A stretch of 20,000 nucleotides of DNA from Chiloscyllium plagiosum. Taxonomy: Eukaryota. The notes beneath the pieces are model-generated. The model did not search any database. It saw nothing but the letters and a program-made list of their open reading frames with translations, and was not told where the DNA came from. The position numbers were made by a program, and so were the translations under genes. Below, in pieces: positions 10,426-20,000 of the stretch (position 1 is the stretch's first letter; each line of letters starts with the position of its first letter). The stretch is from contig NC_057719.1 in assembly GCF_004010195.1 (NCBI RefSeq), forward strand, positions 47,122,339 through 47,142,338, read 5' to 3'.

Positions 10426-10756
10426 GGGGTGACATGTTGGCTCAGTGGTTAGCACTACTACCTCACAGCAACAGGGGCTTGGGTTAGATTTCACCCTCTG
10501 GCAACCATCTGTGTAGAGTTTGCACGTTCTTCCTGTGCCTGCATGGGTTTCCTTCGGGTGCTCTGTTTTCCTCCTACAGTCCAAAGATGTGCAAGTTAGG
10601 TGGATTGGCAGTGCTAAATTACCCACGTGTCCAGTGATGGATTAGCCATGGGAAATGCACACAGATGGATCTGGGTGGGATGCTGTTTGGATGGTTATTG
10701 GACTCAATAGGCTGAACGGCCTGCTTCCATACTGTGAGGATTCTGTGATTTCATGA
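10426..10756 (+). mobile_element. tRNA-derived V-SINE (HE1-like)
   Basis: A-box-like tggctcagtggttagc, degenerate B box, V-domain core (tgtgtagagtttgcacgttct...gggtttccttcgggtgctc...tccaaagatgtgc) and a CR1-like tail (ggcctgcttccatactgt..gattctgtgatt). Paralogous to 18194-18521. Confidence 0.9.
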
Positions 10757-12240
10757 CGGGTTAGCTCCCTTCAGCCTTTAACTTTCTCTTTTGATGCTAA
10801 TGTGAAAAGTACCATCTTGCAGGGTCTGTACCATCCAAGGTATGACTACAAGTACCAATAATGATAATGAAATAAAGAAATAAAATGACTGTGAATCATC
10901 CTTGAATTAATGGAATAAAAAAGTGATTTATCGAATCATTAACAGTCAAGAGAAATGAATTGTTCACCAGCTATGCAGCGCATAATTATAAACAGTATAA
11001 TTTTCGTGAAAACAGGCTCAGATGAATTTCAACACTGCTGATTCTCCAGAAAAATCATTGTATCCAAAAAAAAGTGTGTTAATAATTAATAATAATAAAA
11101 TCCGCTGAATATAAGATTATCATACATGTCGAAGCATTCCTGAACCTTTTCCTAAAAGAATGGAGAGAGAACGTTCAATATGTTTTAAATTGATAGCTGA
11201 AATGTGAATACAAAAACATCAGTAGAATCCTCTTTAGGGGTATAGATAAGGTGAATGGTAGGTGTCTTTTCCCTAGGTCCATGTTTTATCAGTTAGTTCT
11301 TCACCATGCCAGGACTCCTTTAATAATGGCAGCCAGATCCTGCTTCTCTGATTCATGACCTAATTTCATGGTTTTCCACCTTTAAGGAGTGCCTTTTAAG
11401 ACTGAAGTCTGTTTTGATGATGGGAGAGAAAAAAAACATTGAGTTGTGTGTAAAAGGAATCCAACTCCACTTAGATTTAGTCCTCTCCCTACACTTCCCT
11501 CACTTTTGATAGTCTGCCCTTTAAAAGCTTTGCATATAAATTAATCAGTTGGAAAAACCTGATTTCCTGGTGATTTACTGGTGAAAATCACCTCAAGTGA
11601 TTTGATGGTGGAAGAGGCCCATCTGTTGTGTGATAGCAATTCTGCATTGAAGAAGGAACAAGAGAAAAGAAGAAAATAGAATAAAAGTGCCAATCACCCA
11701 GAGCCTTTAAAGTTTCAATAGCTGAAACTTCAAAGCATTTAGAACCACGTGACCTTGTGTAAATAAGCATTGTAAAATTGATAGTGAAGATCACCAAATC
11801 AGAACTCAGATATTTCAACACCCTATTGGATTTCTGGGCTCTCAGTCAGGAGCTTGGCTGAGAGCCTAGACATGCATTCCTTTCATGAAACATCTGAAAG
11901 GATTTCCTCTGCAACTGATTGTCCCTGTGGCTAATCCTGAACCTTTTCCGGAGTCTGCTGGCTTAGCCTCAGGTGATATCCTCACCTTCTCCTGCAATCA
12001 ACGTTTTGGTGTCTACGTCACCCCAATCATTAGATGTTCGACTGCTTTTGCACATTAAATGTCTATTTTTGAATCTAATACTCTTCTTAACCTCACTAGT
12101 AAGCCATCTTTCTCACTGAAGTTTTTTTTTGATGGAATATACTTTTGTTGATCACTTTACCATTTAAATGTTTGCTGCTACTTATTTGCCGCAGACTTTT
12201 TAATCTATTTACCAAATCAACCTTGAACAGTTCTCCCCAC

Positions 12241-12914
12241 ATAGAGTCATAGAGATGTACAGCACGGAAACAGACCCTTCGGTCCGACTCAACCATGCCA
12301 ACCAGATATCCTAAAGTAACCAGGTCCCATTTGCCAGCACTTGGCCCATATCCCTCTTACCCCTTCCTATCCATATACCCAGCCAGATGCCTTTTAAATG
12401 TTGTAATTGTACCAGCCTCTACCACTTCTGACAGCTCATTCCATATACGCACAACCTTGTACATGAAGAAGTTGCCCCTTAGGTCCCTTTTACATCTTTC
12501 CCCTCTCACCTTAAATCTATGCTCTCTATTTTTGTACTCCCCCACTCCGTGGAAAAGACCTTGACTATTTAACCTCATAATTTTGTAAACCTCTATAAGG
12601 TCACCCCTCAGCCTCCAATGCTTCAGGGAAAACAGCCCCAGCCTGTTCAGCCTCCCCCTATAGCTCAAACCCTCCAACCCTGGCAACATCCTTGTAAATC
12701 TTTTCTGAATCCTTTCAAGTTTCACAACATCCTTCCTACAACAGGAAGACCAGAATTGCATGCAGAATTGTATCCAAAAGTGACCTAAACAATAGCCTGT
12801 ACAACCGCAACATGAACTCCCAACTCCTATACTCAATGCACTAACCAATAAAGGCAAGCATACCAAACACCTTCTTCACTATCCTATCTACCTGTGGCAC
12901 CACTTTCAAGGAAC
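12241..12914 (-). mobile_element. 5'-truncated, relatively young CR1 LINE 3' end
   Basis: ORF 12357..12866: CMQFWS..RKDVVKLERIQKRFTRMLPGLEGLSYRGRLNRLGLFSL..RLRGDLIEVYKIM...VVRIWNEL...TFKRHL. Tail atagagtcatagag. Candidate TSD cacata (12238-12243 / 12914-12919). Confidence 0.95.
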
Positions 12915-13289
12915 ACATATTGGTTTTAAGTTTAAAATACCAGTTTGTGATTGGAATGTGTTGTTTTCATACTTAGTATGAAATTCAATTACATTATGAT
13001 CACTATTTCTTAGTGGATCTTTTACTATGGCATCATTAATTAACCTGTTTCATTGATGTCAAATAGTTTTATCATTTGTGAGTCCCATCCACATTGCTCA
13101 AGGAAACTAGCATGAGAGTATTCTACAAACTCAAACTCATTTTCCAGAACACTGTTGATGATTTGATTAGTCCAGTCTTCATGAACATTAACAAAAAACC
13201 CATGATTATCACAGTGTCTTTCTTACAAGCTCCAATAACTTCTTGGTTAATGTTCCGTCAACATTCTCCAGTGTTTTTCGACCTTTGCT

Positions 13290-13745
13290 ATTCCTAATCT
13301 CCATCCATACTGATTTGACTTCCTGATTTTCTCTCATTAACTGTTAGACTAATGGGCTCATAGTTTCCTGCATTCTGCCTCCCTCCTTTCCTGACTGTTA
13401 ATGCTACATTTGAAATTTTCCAGTCCAATGGGACTTTTCTGAAACTTGAACATTTGAATGTTACAACCAATATATCTGTTATCTCTGCATCAACTTCCTT
13501 TAAGACCCTAAGACAATTATTAGATTCAAATTATTATTGTAATGATTAGACACAGGAGACGTTTCAGCCATTAGTCCCATTGGTTTTGCCAGTGCCTTTG
13601 CTCTAGTGAATGAGATTATTTTAAATTTCTTCCTTTTACCTCTTGCTTTTCTTAATTTATCCAGTTGGGATTTTTTTTCTGTCTCCTACTGTGACAAAAA
13701 GTATAAATACTTCCTCAAAGTCTCTGCCACTTCCTTCTTTCCCAA
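13290..13745 (-). mobile_element. Old CR1 ORF2 fragment (linker / RT N-terminus)
   Basis: The minus strand gives KEVAETLRKY-like (~13710-13740), LRVLKEV (~13495-13512), VPLDWK (~13420-13435) and GGR..AGNY.P.SLT-like (~13340-13390) motifs. Confidence 0.6.
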
Positions 13746-13751
13746 GTGAGC

Positions 13752-13800
13752 ATGTTCTGTTTTTATTTCAGAATTCCAACATCTGCATCATTTTGCTTTG
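13752..13800 (+). mobile_element. Short degenerate PLE terminal-repeat fragment
   Basis: ttcagaattccaacatctgcatcattttgct resembles the reverse complement of 16810-16845 (agcaaattactgcagatgctggaatctgaa). Confidence 0.5.
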
Positions 13801-13861
13801 TTTACCCTGGTGATGTTGTTGGAAGAACAACTAATGGACACCTAAGGAGAATAACCAACAT

Positions 13862-14347
13862 TCCTTTGTATAGTTCCATGGGACCTTTTACATCCATCAG
13901 AAAGACAATAGTTTTGTTTTTATAAAACATCAGTCAAACAGGCAGGTGGCTGAAAGTGAACACTAACCCTGGTTGGGAGGATGATGGGATTCTTGGCAAT
14001 ATTTAATTGTCGGTGGAATTAAGGTAAAATTGCAAAGATCACCAACCTGTTGAGGGTGGTCACCTTCCTTTCTGAACTGCAAGCCTTATTAGAAGTGGCC
14101 ACTGCTGCACGAAGATGAAAGTACCTCCATGCTAGTCTCTTCTTGATGCCTCCCATAGCCTTCCATCTTATCGGGACTCCCATTTCCTAACCTGTCCCCA
14201 AAACCTGGTAAAAATCTGACAGTGCAGCAATCCCTATTGGCTGCACTGGAGGACTGCCAGTCTCGACTGTGTCCTTAATTCTCTGCATTTTAACTCATAT
14301 CTTTCTGACTCAGAGGCGAGAAACAGTGCTAACAACTGAGCCAAAGG
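13862..14347 (-). mobile_element. Old tRNA-derived Deu-domain-type SINE, split by a ~300-bp unrelated insertion (~13912-14215)
   Basis: Minus-strand head at 14347-14300 (ggctcagttgttagcact...cgcctctgagtcagaa). ctgacagtgcagca.tccct...ctgcactgga (14216-14250) and tagt.ccatggga..ttttacatcca (13871-13896) match my recollection of the shark DeuSINE consensus, in which the two blocks lie close together. Confidence 0.55.
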
Positions 14348-14649
14348 GCCTCTCAGTTTAGTTTGCTTTTTAAAAGTGCTTAAAACTCACCACCGTTACA
14401 ACCACATTCCCTTTTTAATTTCAAACCTGGCAAATCTGTACGTCCAGTCCCAGGAATGCTGAAGTTAAGCCAATTAACATAGTTTCAGCAAGAACAATCT
14501 CCTTAGGAGGTCAAATAAACTTCTGCAACTAGCCTTGAAGCAAACAAAGCTTCGCATGTAACAACTGGGAGATATTGATTCCAAAGTTGAGGTAAATGGA
14601 AACATTTTAATAGCTCCATTAAACAGCTGCCTTCTGAGGGCAAACACTA

Positions 14650-14735
14650 AATAAACACATAAAATGCTGGAAATACTCAACAGGTCTGGTAGCACATGTG
14701 TACAGAAATATTTTACATCAGTGATTGTTCATCAA
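14650..14735 (-). mobile_element. Old degenerate PLE terminal repeat
   Basis: aaaatgctggaaatactcaacaggtctggtagca parallels aactgctggagatcacagcaggtcaggcaaca (16851-16882) and ends in ttcatca. Confidence 0.6.
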
Positions 14736-15969
14736 TTGTGCTAACACTGTCAGCAAAGGTTTGAGCATACATGGTGCATTTTATGGCTTTGCTTTGGATC
14801 TGACAACACTTCCTTCAACTGAAGTGCAATAGAGAAATATTAATTAATTAACTGAGAACATGGTGTGTACAATAATGTTGGTCAACGGGTGTCACATTTT
14901 CCAACCAAGTCCTGTGCTTAAAGATGAGATTCCCACTAGTGAGCAACATGTGGCCTATTGATGTGAACATTTGCTCATTATCACCTGAACTCATCTCATA
15001 AATATATATTAATATTCATCTAACCACTGGATTGATGCCGAGAATTCCCAAAATGAAAGCCTGAGCAGTTACCTGGCAACTACAGATCACATCTTGCTCC
15101 TACAAACTTCGCACATTAATGTCCCAGAGCACACTCCATTGGGCAGTGTCTACATGAACTTCACACCCACTGGCATACCTCATGCCATCATCATGGCATT
15201 TCTCCAATCCACTTTGATGCTGCAACTTGGAGCGCACCAACACCTCTCCCTGGAATGCTGCTCCCAGGACATTTTCTTTTCCGGGTACGGCTGCTTGCTC
15301 ACTCTCTCAGCACTCACTCACTTTATGCCTAACTGGATGCTCACAGCTTCTTTGCTGTGACTTTCCATTTGGTGCTTTACTCCTGAGCCGGCCCTTAAAG
15401 GCTCAAAGTAACTCTGTTTTGTCCTTGTTGTCTAACACTGTCACAAAGCCAGGCATTTGTCATGGTTGTCAGCAGTGATCAGTCAAAGGTTTGGACATGT
15501 CCCTGTATGGCACTGTGCTATGTCAATCTAACACCTACAGCATGTGTCAGCAGCTTACAGGACAAACACACTGAATGTGTATCAACCAAATGACTATGTC
15601 TTAAAGCCAAATGTGCGTAGTTTCCAGTCAACACAAAGGGGGCTTCCGTCAGTTAGGGGGTCTCAATAGTTTTACACAAACAACCTTCTCTACTCACAAT
15701 AATGTGGCTTGGTCAGCCAACACCTTGAGACAATCAGCATCAGGAGCTCCATCTCATTACAGTCTGGGGAGTGCGCCACACTCAGTTCTGGGGTGTCAGA
15801 GTGGAGGGGGGGGCGTTACAAGAGGACAGTTGTGGTGCGTAAGTTGGGGGAACTCAATGCTGAGGACTGGAGGCAACAACTGCATTACTGAGGATACATG
15901 GGTGCTGAAGTAGGGATGTACTTAACATATAATCAGGGCAGGGGCTGCTGGTGGTGCATGGGAGGGCAT

Positions 15970-16031
15970 GGGGATGCCGGTGTTGTACTGGGGTGTACAA
16001 AGTTAAAAAATCACACCACACCAGGTTATAG
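15970..16031 (-). mobile_element. Truncated PLE terminal repeat (family B)
   Basis: gatgccggtgttgtactggggtgtacaaagttaaaaaatcacaccacaccaggttatagt is nearly identical to 3740-3798. Confidence 0.8.
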
Positions 16032-16119
16032 TGAAACTATATATTTGGCACCTCCAAATCATTTCTTGTCTGTAGCATCGATGTGGATGGACCAGGATAG
16101 AGGATAGATTGAAGAAGTT

Positions 16120-16485
16120 AAAACTGTTCTCCTTGAAGAGAAGAAAGCTAAGAGATTTTTAAAATCATATGTGAGCTGGATAGTGTGCTCCAGTTTCTTG
16201 TAAGAGGAACAAGAGGAGAGGACATGAAATAAAAATGGTATGCAAAAGAAGCAACGATGATGTGAGAAAAAGCCTTTACACACAGTGAGTAATTAGGGTA
16301 TGGAATACATTGCCTGGAAATGTGGTGTAGGCAGGTTCAACTGAGGCAGTTAAGCTAACACTGGATGATAATTTGAATAAAAATAATGTGCAAGGGAAAG
16401 GCAAGAAACTGGCACGAGGGAATAGAATCAGTGCAGGAACAGTGGGCCAACTGGTCTTCTGCACCATAACAATTATGTGATCCTG
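16120..16485 (+). mobile_element. Old CR1 3' end
   Basis: FSLKRRKLR, FKII, RGHE and RVWNTLPGNVV*AGS-like degenerate motifs, followed by a gggccaa..ggtcttctgcac 3' UTR. Confidence 0.7.
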
Positions 16486-16807
16486 AAATATACTAACAAG
16501 TGCATAGGTATAATTTTAATCTTACGGGCTATGGCAGGAATGATGAATTTGGATACTTCTTTTGGAATCATATATAAACCACAACAAGACCAAGCAAGAT
16601 CTGAATGATTTGCTGCAGTGGCAATGACAAGGCTTTTTTTTATATCGCTCTGTGCAAGATCTTTGTACTCGCTTCTCCTATTGTCTGCCTTCCACAACTG
16701 GATGCAAACCATCTGCTAAATTGTTGGAATTCATTAGCTTCAACTACCTGGAAGACAAAGTTTTAGCAGGTCTTTTGGGTCATGGCAGATCCTAGCAATT
16801 TAACGTA

Positions 16808-18788
16808 GGAGCAAATTACTGCAGATGCTGGAATCTGAACTGAAATCTAAAACTGCTGGAGATCACAGCAGGTCAGGCAACACTCATGGAGGCAACAGGC
16901 GAAGGGTCCAAGTCTAGATGATTCTTCATCAGAACTGAAGTGTGGAGGGGGCAGCATTTATGCAATAGTAGGAAGGGGGGGTAGAGTGGCTGGGGGAGAA
17001 AGCATGTTGATAGTTCAGGTAAAGTGATCAGAATGTGAGAATGGTAGAACAATGGTGTGTCCACCTGCTGGACTGGAAAGAACAGACAGTCCCCCTGGAG
17101 TGGGGGCAGAGGTGAGAGGGGGACAGAGAATGTAACAAGCAACGCTAAAAGAAAGAAGGAATGGGTAACACAATTTGAAGGTGTTTGAACTCAGTATTGA
17201 CCCCAGAAGGTTGTAAACTGCCCAGTTTGAAGATGAGATGTTGTTCCTCCAGTTTGAGCTGTGATTCGCTGAAGCATTGCAGCATGCCGAGGACAGACAT
17301 GTGGGCATGTGGGCAGGATGCTGTGTTAAAATGACCAGCTACAGCAAGTTCCAGGTCAGGCTTGTACACGGATTGGACATGTTCTGCAAAGTGGTCACCC
17401 AGTCTGCATTTAGTTTCTCTCATGTAGACTAGGCTACACTGGGTGCAGCGAATACAATACACAAAATTGGAGGAGGTACTGGTGAAATGCGGCTTCACCT
17501 GGAAAGACTGTTTATTCCCTTGGGTGGTGAGCAAGGAGGAGGTGAAGGGGCAGGAATTGCACCTTCTGCAGTTACATGGGAAGGTGCCGTGATGTTAATG
17601 GTTGATGAATGGACTAGTGTGCCTCGGTGGGAACAATTCCTGCAAAATGCAGGTGAAGGGAGCTTGTATTTGTTGGTGGCATTCTGCTGGAGTCGTCTGA
17701 AATAGTGGATGATTCTTTGAATACAGAGGCTGATGGGATGAAACGTGAGGACGAAGGGAACCCGATGACACTGTTGCAGTTGAGGCTCCTGTCAACCATA
17801 GTGGGTGGGAAATCACATTTTAAGGAAAAAGGAAGCCATGTCAGCAGCACTATTTTGGAAGGTGGCATCATCTGAACAGATAGCAGGAGAATGGGATGGA
17901 ATTCTTGCAAAGCTGTAGTGAAGGTAGTTATGGGAGTCAGTGACTTTGTAGTGGATGGCCAGTTTATTCCCCAAAATGGAGACAGAAAAGTGAAGGAAAG
18001 GTTGGAAAGTTTTGGAAACAGATGATGTGAATGTAATAGCCGGGTGGAAATTGGAGGCAAAATGAACAAATTTTTCAAGGTCCAAGTGGGACCATGAAGC
18101 AGTACTGAAACAGTCATCAAAGTACCAAGAAAAAGAGTTGTAGAAGGGGCTGGTGTAGGACTGGAATAAGAATTGCTCCACATAACCCATAAAGGGGTGG
18201 CATGGCGGCTCAGTGGTTAGCATAACTGCCTCACAGTGCCAGGGATCCGGGTTCGATTCCAACCTCGGGTGACAGTCTGTGTGTAGTTTGTACAGTCTCC
18301 TCGTGTCTGCATTGGTTTCCTCCGGGTGCTCCAGCTTCCTCCCACATTCCAAAGATGTGCAGGTTAGGTGAATTGGCTATGCTAAATTGTGTTCAGGGGT
18401 GTGTAGGTTAGGTGCATTAGTCAGGGGTAAATATAGGATAATAGAGTAGGGGAATGAGTCAGTGTGGACTTGTGGGGCTGAGGGCCTATTTCCACACTGT
18501 AGGAATTCTATGATTCTATGAAGAGACAGACATAACTGGGATCCATGCAGGTGCCTGTAGTCACTCCATTGATTTAGCAGAAGTGAAATGAATTAAAGGA
18601 GAAATTGTTCAGTGAGAGAACAAGTTCAGCCAGGTGGAGAAGTGATGGTGGATGGGGAGTGCTCAGGTTTCTGGTCAATGATGAAGCTGAGATCTCTCAG
18701 ACATCCTAGTGGGGAATGGAGGGTTAGAGAGATTAGACATCCATGGCGAACAGGAGGCAGTTAGGAGTAAGTGAGGACTATAAATGTA
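16808..18788 (-). mobile_element. Penelope-like element 1 (older): RT core, GIY-YIG endonuclease and 3' terminal repeat; interrupted by a SINE
   Basis: RT motifs MDV*SL..SIPH, LAELVLSLNNFSFNS and GTCMDPSY (18525-18745), then FMGYVEQ...WYFDDCF...FASNFHPAITFT...YKVTDSHNYLHY (17915-18190). GIY-YIG in ORF 17145..17534 (VYCIRCTQCSLVYMRETKCRLGDHFAEH...VAGHFN...KLEEQHLIFKLGSLQPSGVN). Terminal repeat 16808-16935 with CTGATGA at 16932-16926 but GAAA lost. Confidence 0.92.
18194..18521 (+). mobile_element. tRNA-derived V-SINE (HE1-like) inserted in the PLE1 RT
   Basis: A box ggctcagtggttagc, B box ggttcgattcc (18250-18260), V-domain core and tail gggcctatttccacactgtaggaattctatgattctatga. It interrupts PLE RT between PSYVCL and FMGYVEQ. 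TSD-like ataaag/atgaag. Confidence 0.93.
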
Positions 18789-18789
18789 A

Positions 18790-19745
18790 GAGAGAGTCGA
18801 AAAGTATGGCAGTGGAAAAGCACAGCAGGTCAGGCAGCATCCAAGGAGCAGGAGAGTCAACATTTCATAAGCCCTTCATCAGGAATGTGGGAGTGTATAG
18901 GGCTGAGAGATAAATAGGAGGGTGGGGATGGGGTTGGGTGGAAGATAGATGGGAAGGCGATAGGTGAATGCAGGTGGGAGGTGATAGGTTGGAGGGGAGG
19001 GTAGTGCAGATAGGTGGGAAGGAAGATGGATAGGTAGAACAGATGGACAGATCAAGAGGGTGGTATCGAGTTGGAGGGTTGGATCTGGGATGTGGTGGGG
19101 AAGGGGAGATGAGGAAATTGGTGAAGTTGAATGTTGATGCCGTGTGGTTGAAGGATCCCAAGACAGAAGATGAGACATTCTTCCTCCAGTCATCAGGTGG
19201 CTTGGATTTGGCAGTGGATGAGATCCAGGACTTGCATGTCCTTGGTGGAATTGGCGAGGGAGTTGAAGTGGTTGGCCACAGGGCAGTGGGGTTGTTTGGT
19301 GCTTGTGTCCCAGAGATGTTCCCTGAAACACTCCACAAGTTGGCGTCCTGTCTCCCCAATGTAAAAGAGACCACATTGAGAGCTACGGACACAGTAGATG
19401 AGGTGTTTGGATGTGCAGGAAAATCTCTGCCAGATGTGAAAAGATCTTTTGGTGCCTTGGACAGAGGTGAGGGGGGAGGTGTGGGCGCAGGTTCTACACC
19501 TTTTGTGGCGGCAAGGGAAGGCACTGGGAGTGGAGGGTGGGTTTGTAGGGGGGTGGGGGGTTGCATGAACCTAACAAGGGAGTCATGGAGGGAATGCTGT
19601 CTGCTGATGGAGATAGGGATGGCAAGGGAAATATATCTGGGATGGGGTCTGACTGTAGGTGGCGGAGGATGATGCGCCATATCTGGAGATTAGAGGGGTG
19701 GAAGGTGAGGATCAGGGGGGTTTCTATCCTTGTTGCGGTTAGAGG
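18790..19745 (-). mobile_element. Penelope-like element 2: 5'-truncated, GIY-YIG endonuclease and terminal repeat
   Basis: A minus-strand frame absent from the ORF track reads KRSFHIWQRFSCTSKHLIYCVRSSQCGLFYIGETGRQLVECFREH...PVANHFNS...QAT**LEEECLIFCLGILQPHGIN. Upstream PLILTFHPSNLQIWRIILRHLQSDP. Terminal repeat 18790-18885 has a hammerhead missing the 3' strand of stem II. Confidence 0.93.
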
Positions 19746-20000
19746 GAAAAAGTGAGGACTGCAGATGCTGGAGATTGCAGCTGAAAATGTGTTGCTGGAA
19801 AAGCGCAGCAGGTCAGGCAGCATCCAAGGAGCAGGAGAATCGACGTTTCGGGCATGAGCCCTTCTTCAGGAATGAGGAGAGTGTGCCAAGCAGGCTAAGA
19901 TAAAAGGTAGGGAGGAGGGACTTGGGGGAGGGGCGTTGGAAATGCGATAGTTGGAAGGAGGTCAAGGTGAGGGTGATAGACCGGAGTGGGGGTGGGGGCG
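19746..20000 (-). mobile_element. Penelope-like element 3: 3' end and terminal repeat, continuing beyond the window
   Basis: gaaaaagtgaggactgcagatgctggaga...gctggaaaagcgcagcaggtcaggcagcatccaaggagcaggagaatcgacgtttcgggc matches the other family A termini with CpGs retained, followed by the purine-rich tract seen next to the other PLE termini. Confidence 0.88.
19836..19875 (-). ncRNA. Minimal type I hammerhead ribozyme, best-preserved copy
   Basis: Minus strand: cattc-CTGAAGA (19869-19863)-a-gggc-tcat-gccc-GAAA (19849-19846)-C-GTC-gattc. Perfect 4-bp stem II, palindromic ACGT and a GUC triplet. Predicted cleavage between 19842 and 19841. Confidence 0.8.

Noticed and set aside
10436..10500. tRNA gene (also 18200-18265)
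   Set aside because: Only A/B-box-like SINE heads with no complete cloverleaf, continuing into V-SINE body.
14470..14500. In-frame TGA (CSC*NYVNW, minus strand) as selenocysteine
   Set aside because: An in-frame TAA lies a few codons upstream, and there is no recognisable selenoprotein motif or SECIS.
15060..15960. Cluster of short ORFs in a GC-richer tract, vaguely like a decayed DNA-transposon accessory ORF
   Set aside because: No diagnostic motif could be read, so it was left unannotated.
17813..18352. 179-aa ORF as a chimeric gene
   Set aside because: It is an antisense V-SINE read (MECGRKLEHPEET...) fused by chance to a decayed PLE RT frame.
19190..19196. Additional CTGATGA on the minus strand as another hammerhead
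   Set aside because: It lies in the endonuclease coding region, probably from CGA-CGA to TGA-TGA decay, and no stem II plus GAAA follows.
18865..19680. Longest ORFs (271 aa minus, 209 aa plus, 165 aa minus) as novel proteins
   Set aside because: They are off-frame or antisense reads of PLE2 in compositionally skewed sequence. The real GIY-YIG frame is a different one and contains stops.
1..20000. CRISPR array, operon or other prokaryotic system
   Set aside because: No regularly spaced repeats or gene-dense architecture. The content is vertebrate retroelement debris.

Overview
Eukaryotic, repeat-dominated intronic or intergenic DNA, most likely from a cartilaginous fish (shark). This is inferred from HE1-type V-SINEs, HER1-like CR1 LINEs and shark-type Penelope-like elements (PLEs). 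No bacterial features and no intact protein-coding gene are supported, and most long ORFs in the track are fragments or off-frame reads of retroelements. The window holds several decayed CR1 LINE copies (one with a 197-bp tandem duplication, one interrupted by an N gap), a decayed Ty3/Gypsy pol (RT-RNaseH-integrase), an L2-like 3' end, two V-SINEs, a split Deu-type SINE and a head-to-tail array of three PLEs with GIY-YIG endonuclease remnants at 16.8-20 kb. The most interesting layer is a set of at least seven minimal type I hammerhead-ribozyme motifs (CUGANGA / stem II / GAAA / palindromic stem III) in PLE terminal repeats. They range from apparently intact (19836-19875) to dead. Two short fold-back insertions consist only of inverted PLE termini with candidate target-site duplications, and one of them encodes a hammerhead on each strand. 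PLE-associated minimal hammerheads are a known class, so any novelty would lie in the fold-back mini-elements. A few weak candidate host exons are noted but not identified. All family assignments come from motif recognition by eye, without database searches.
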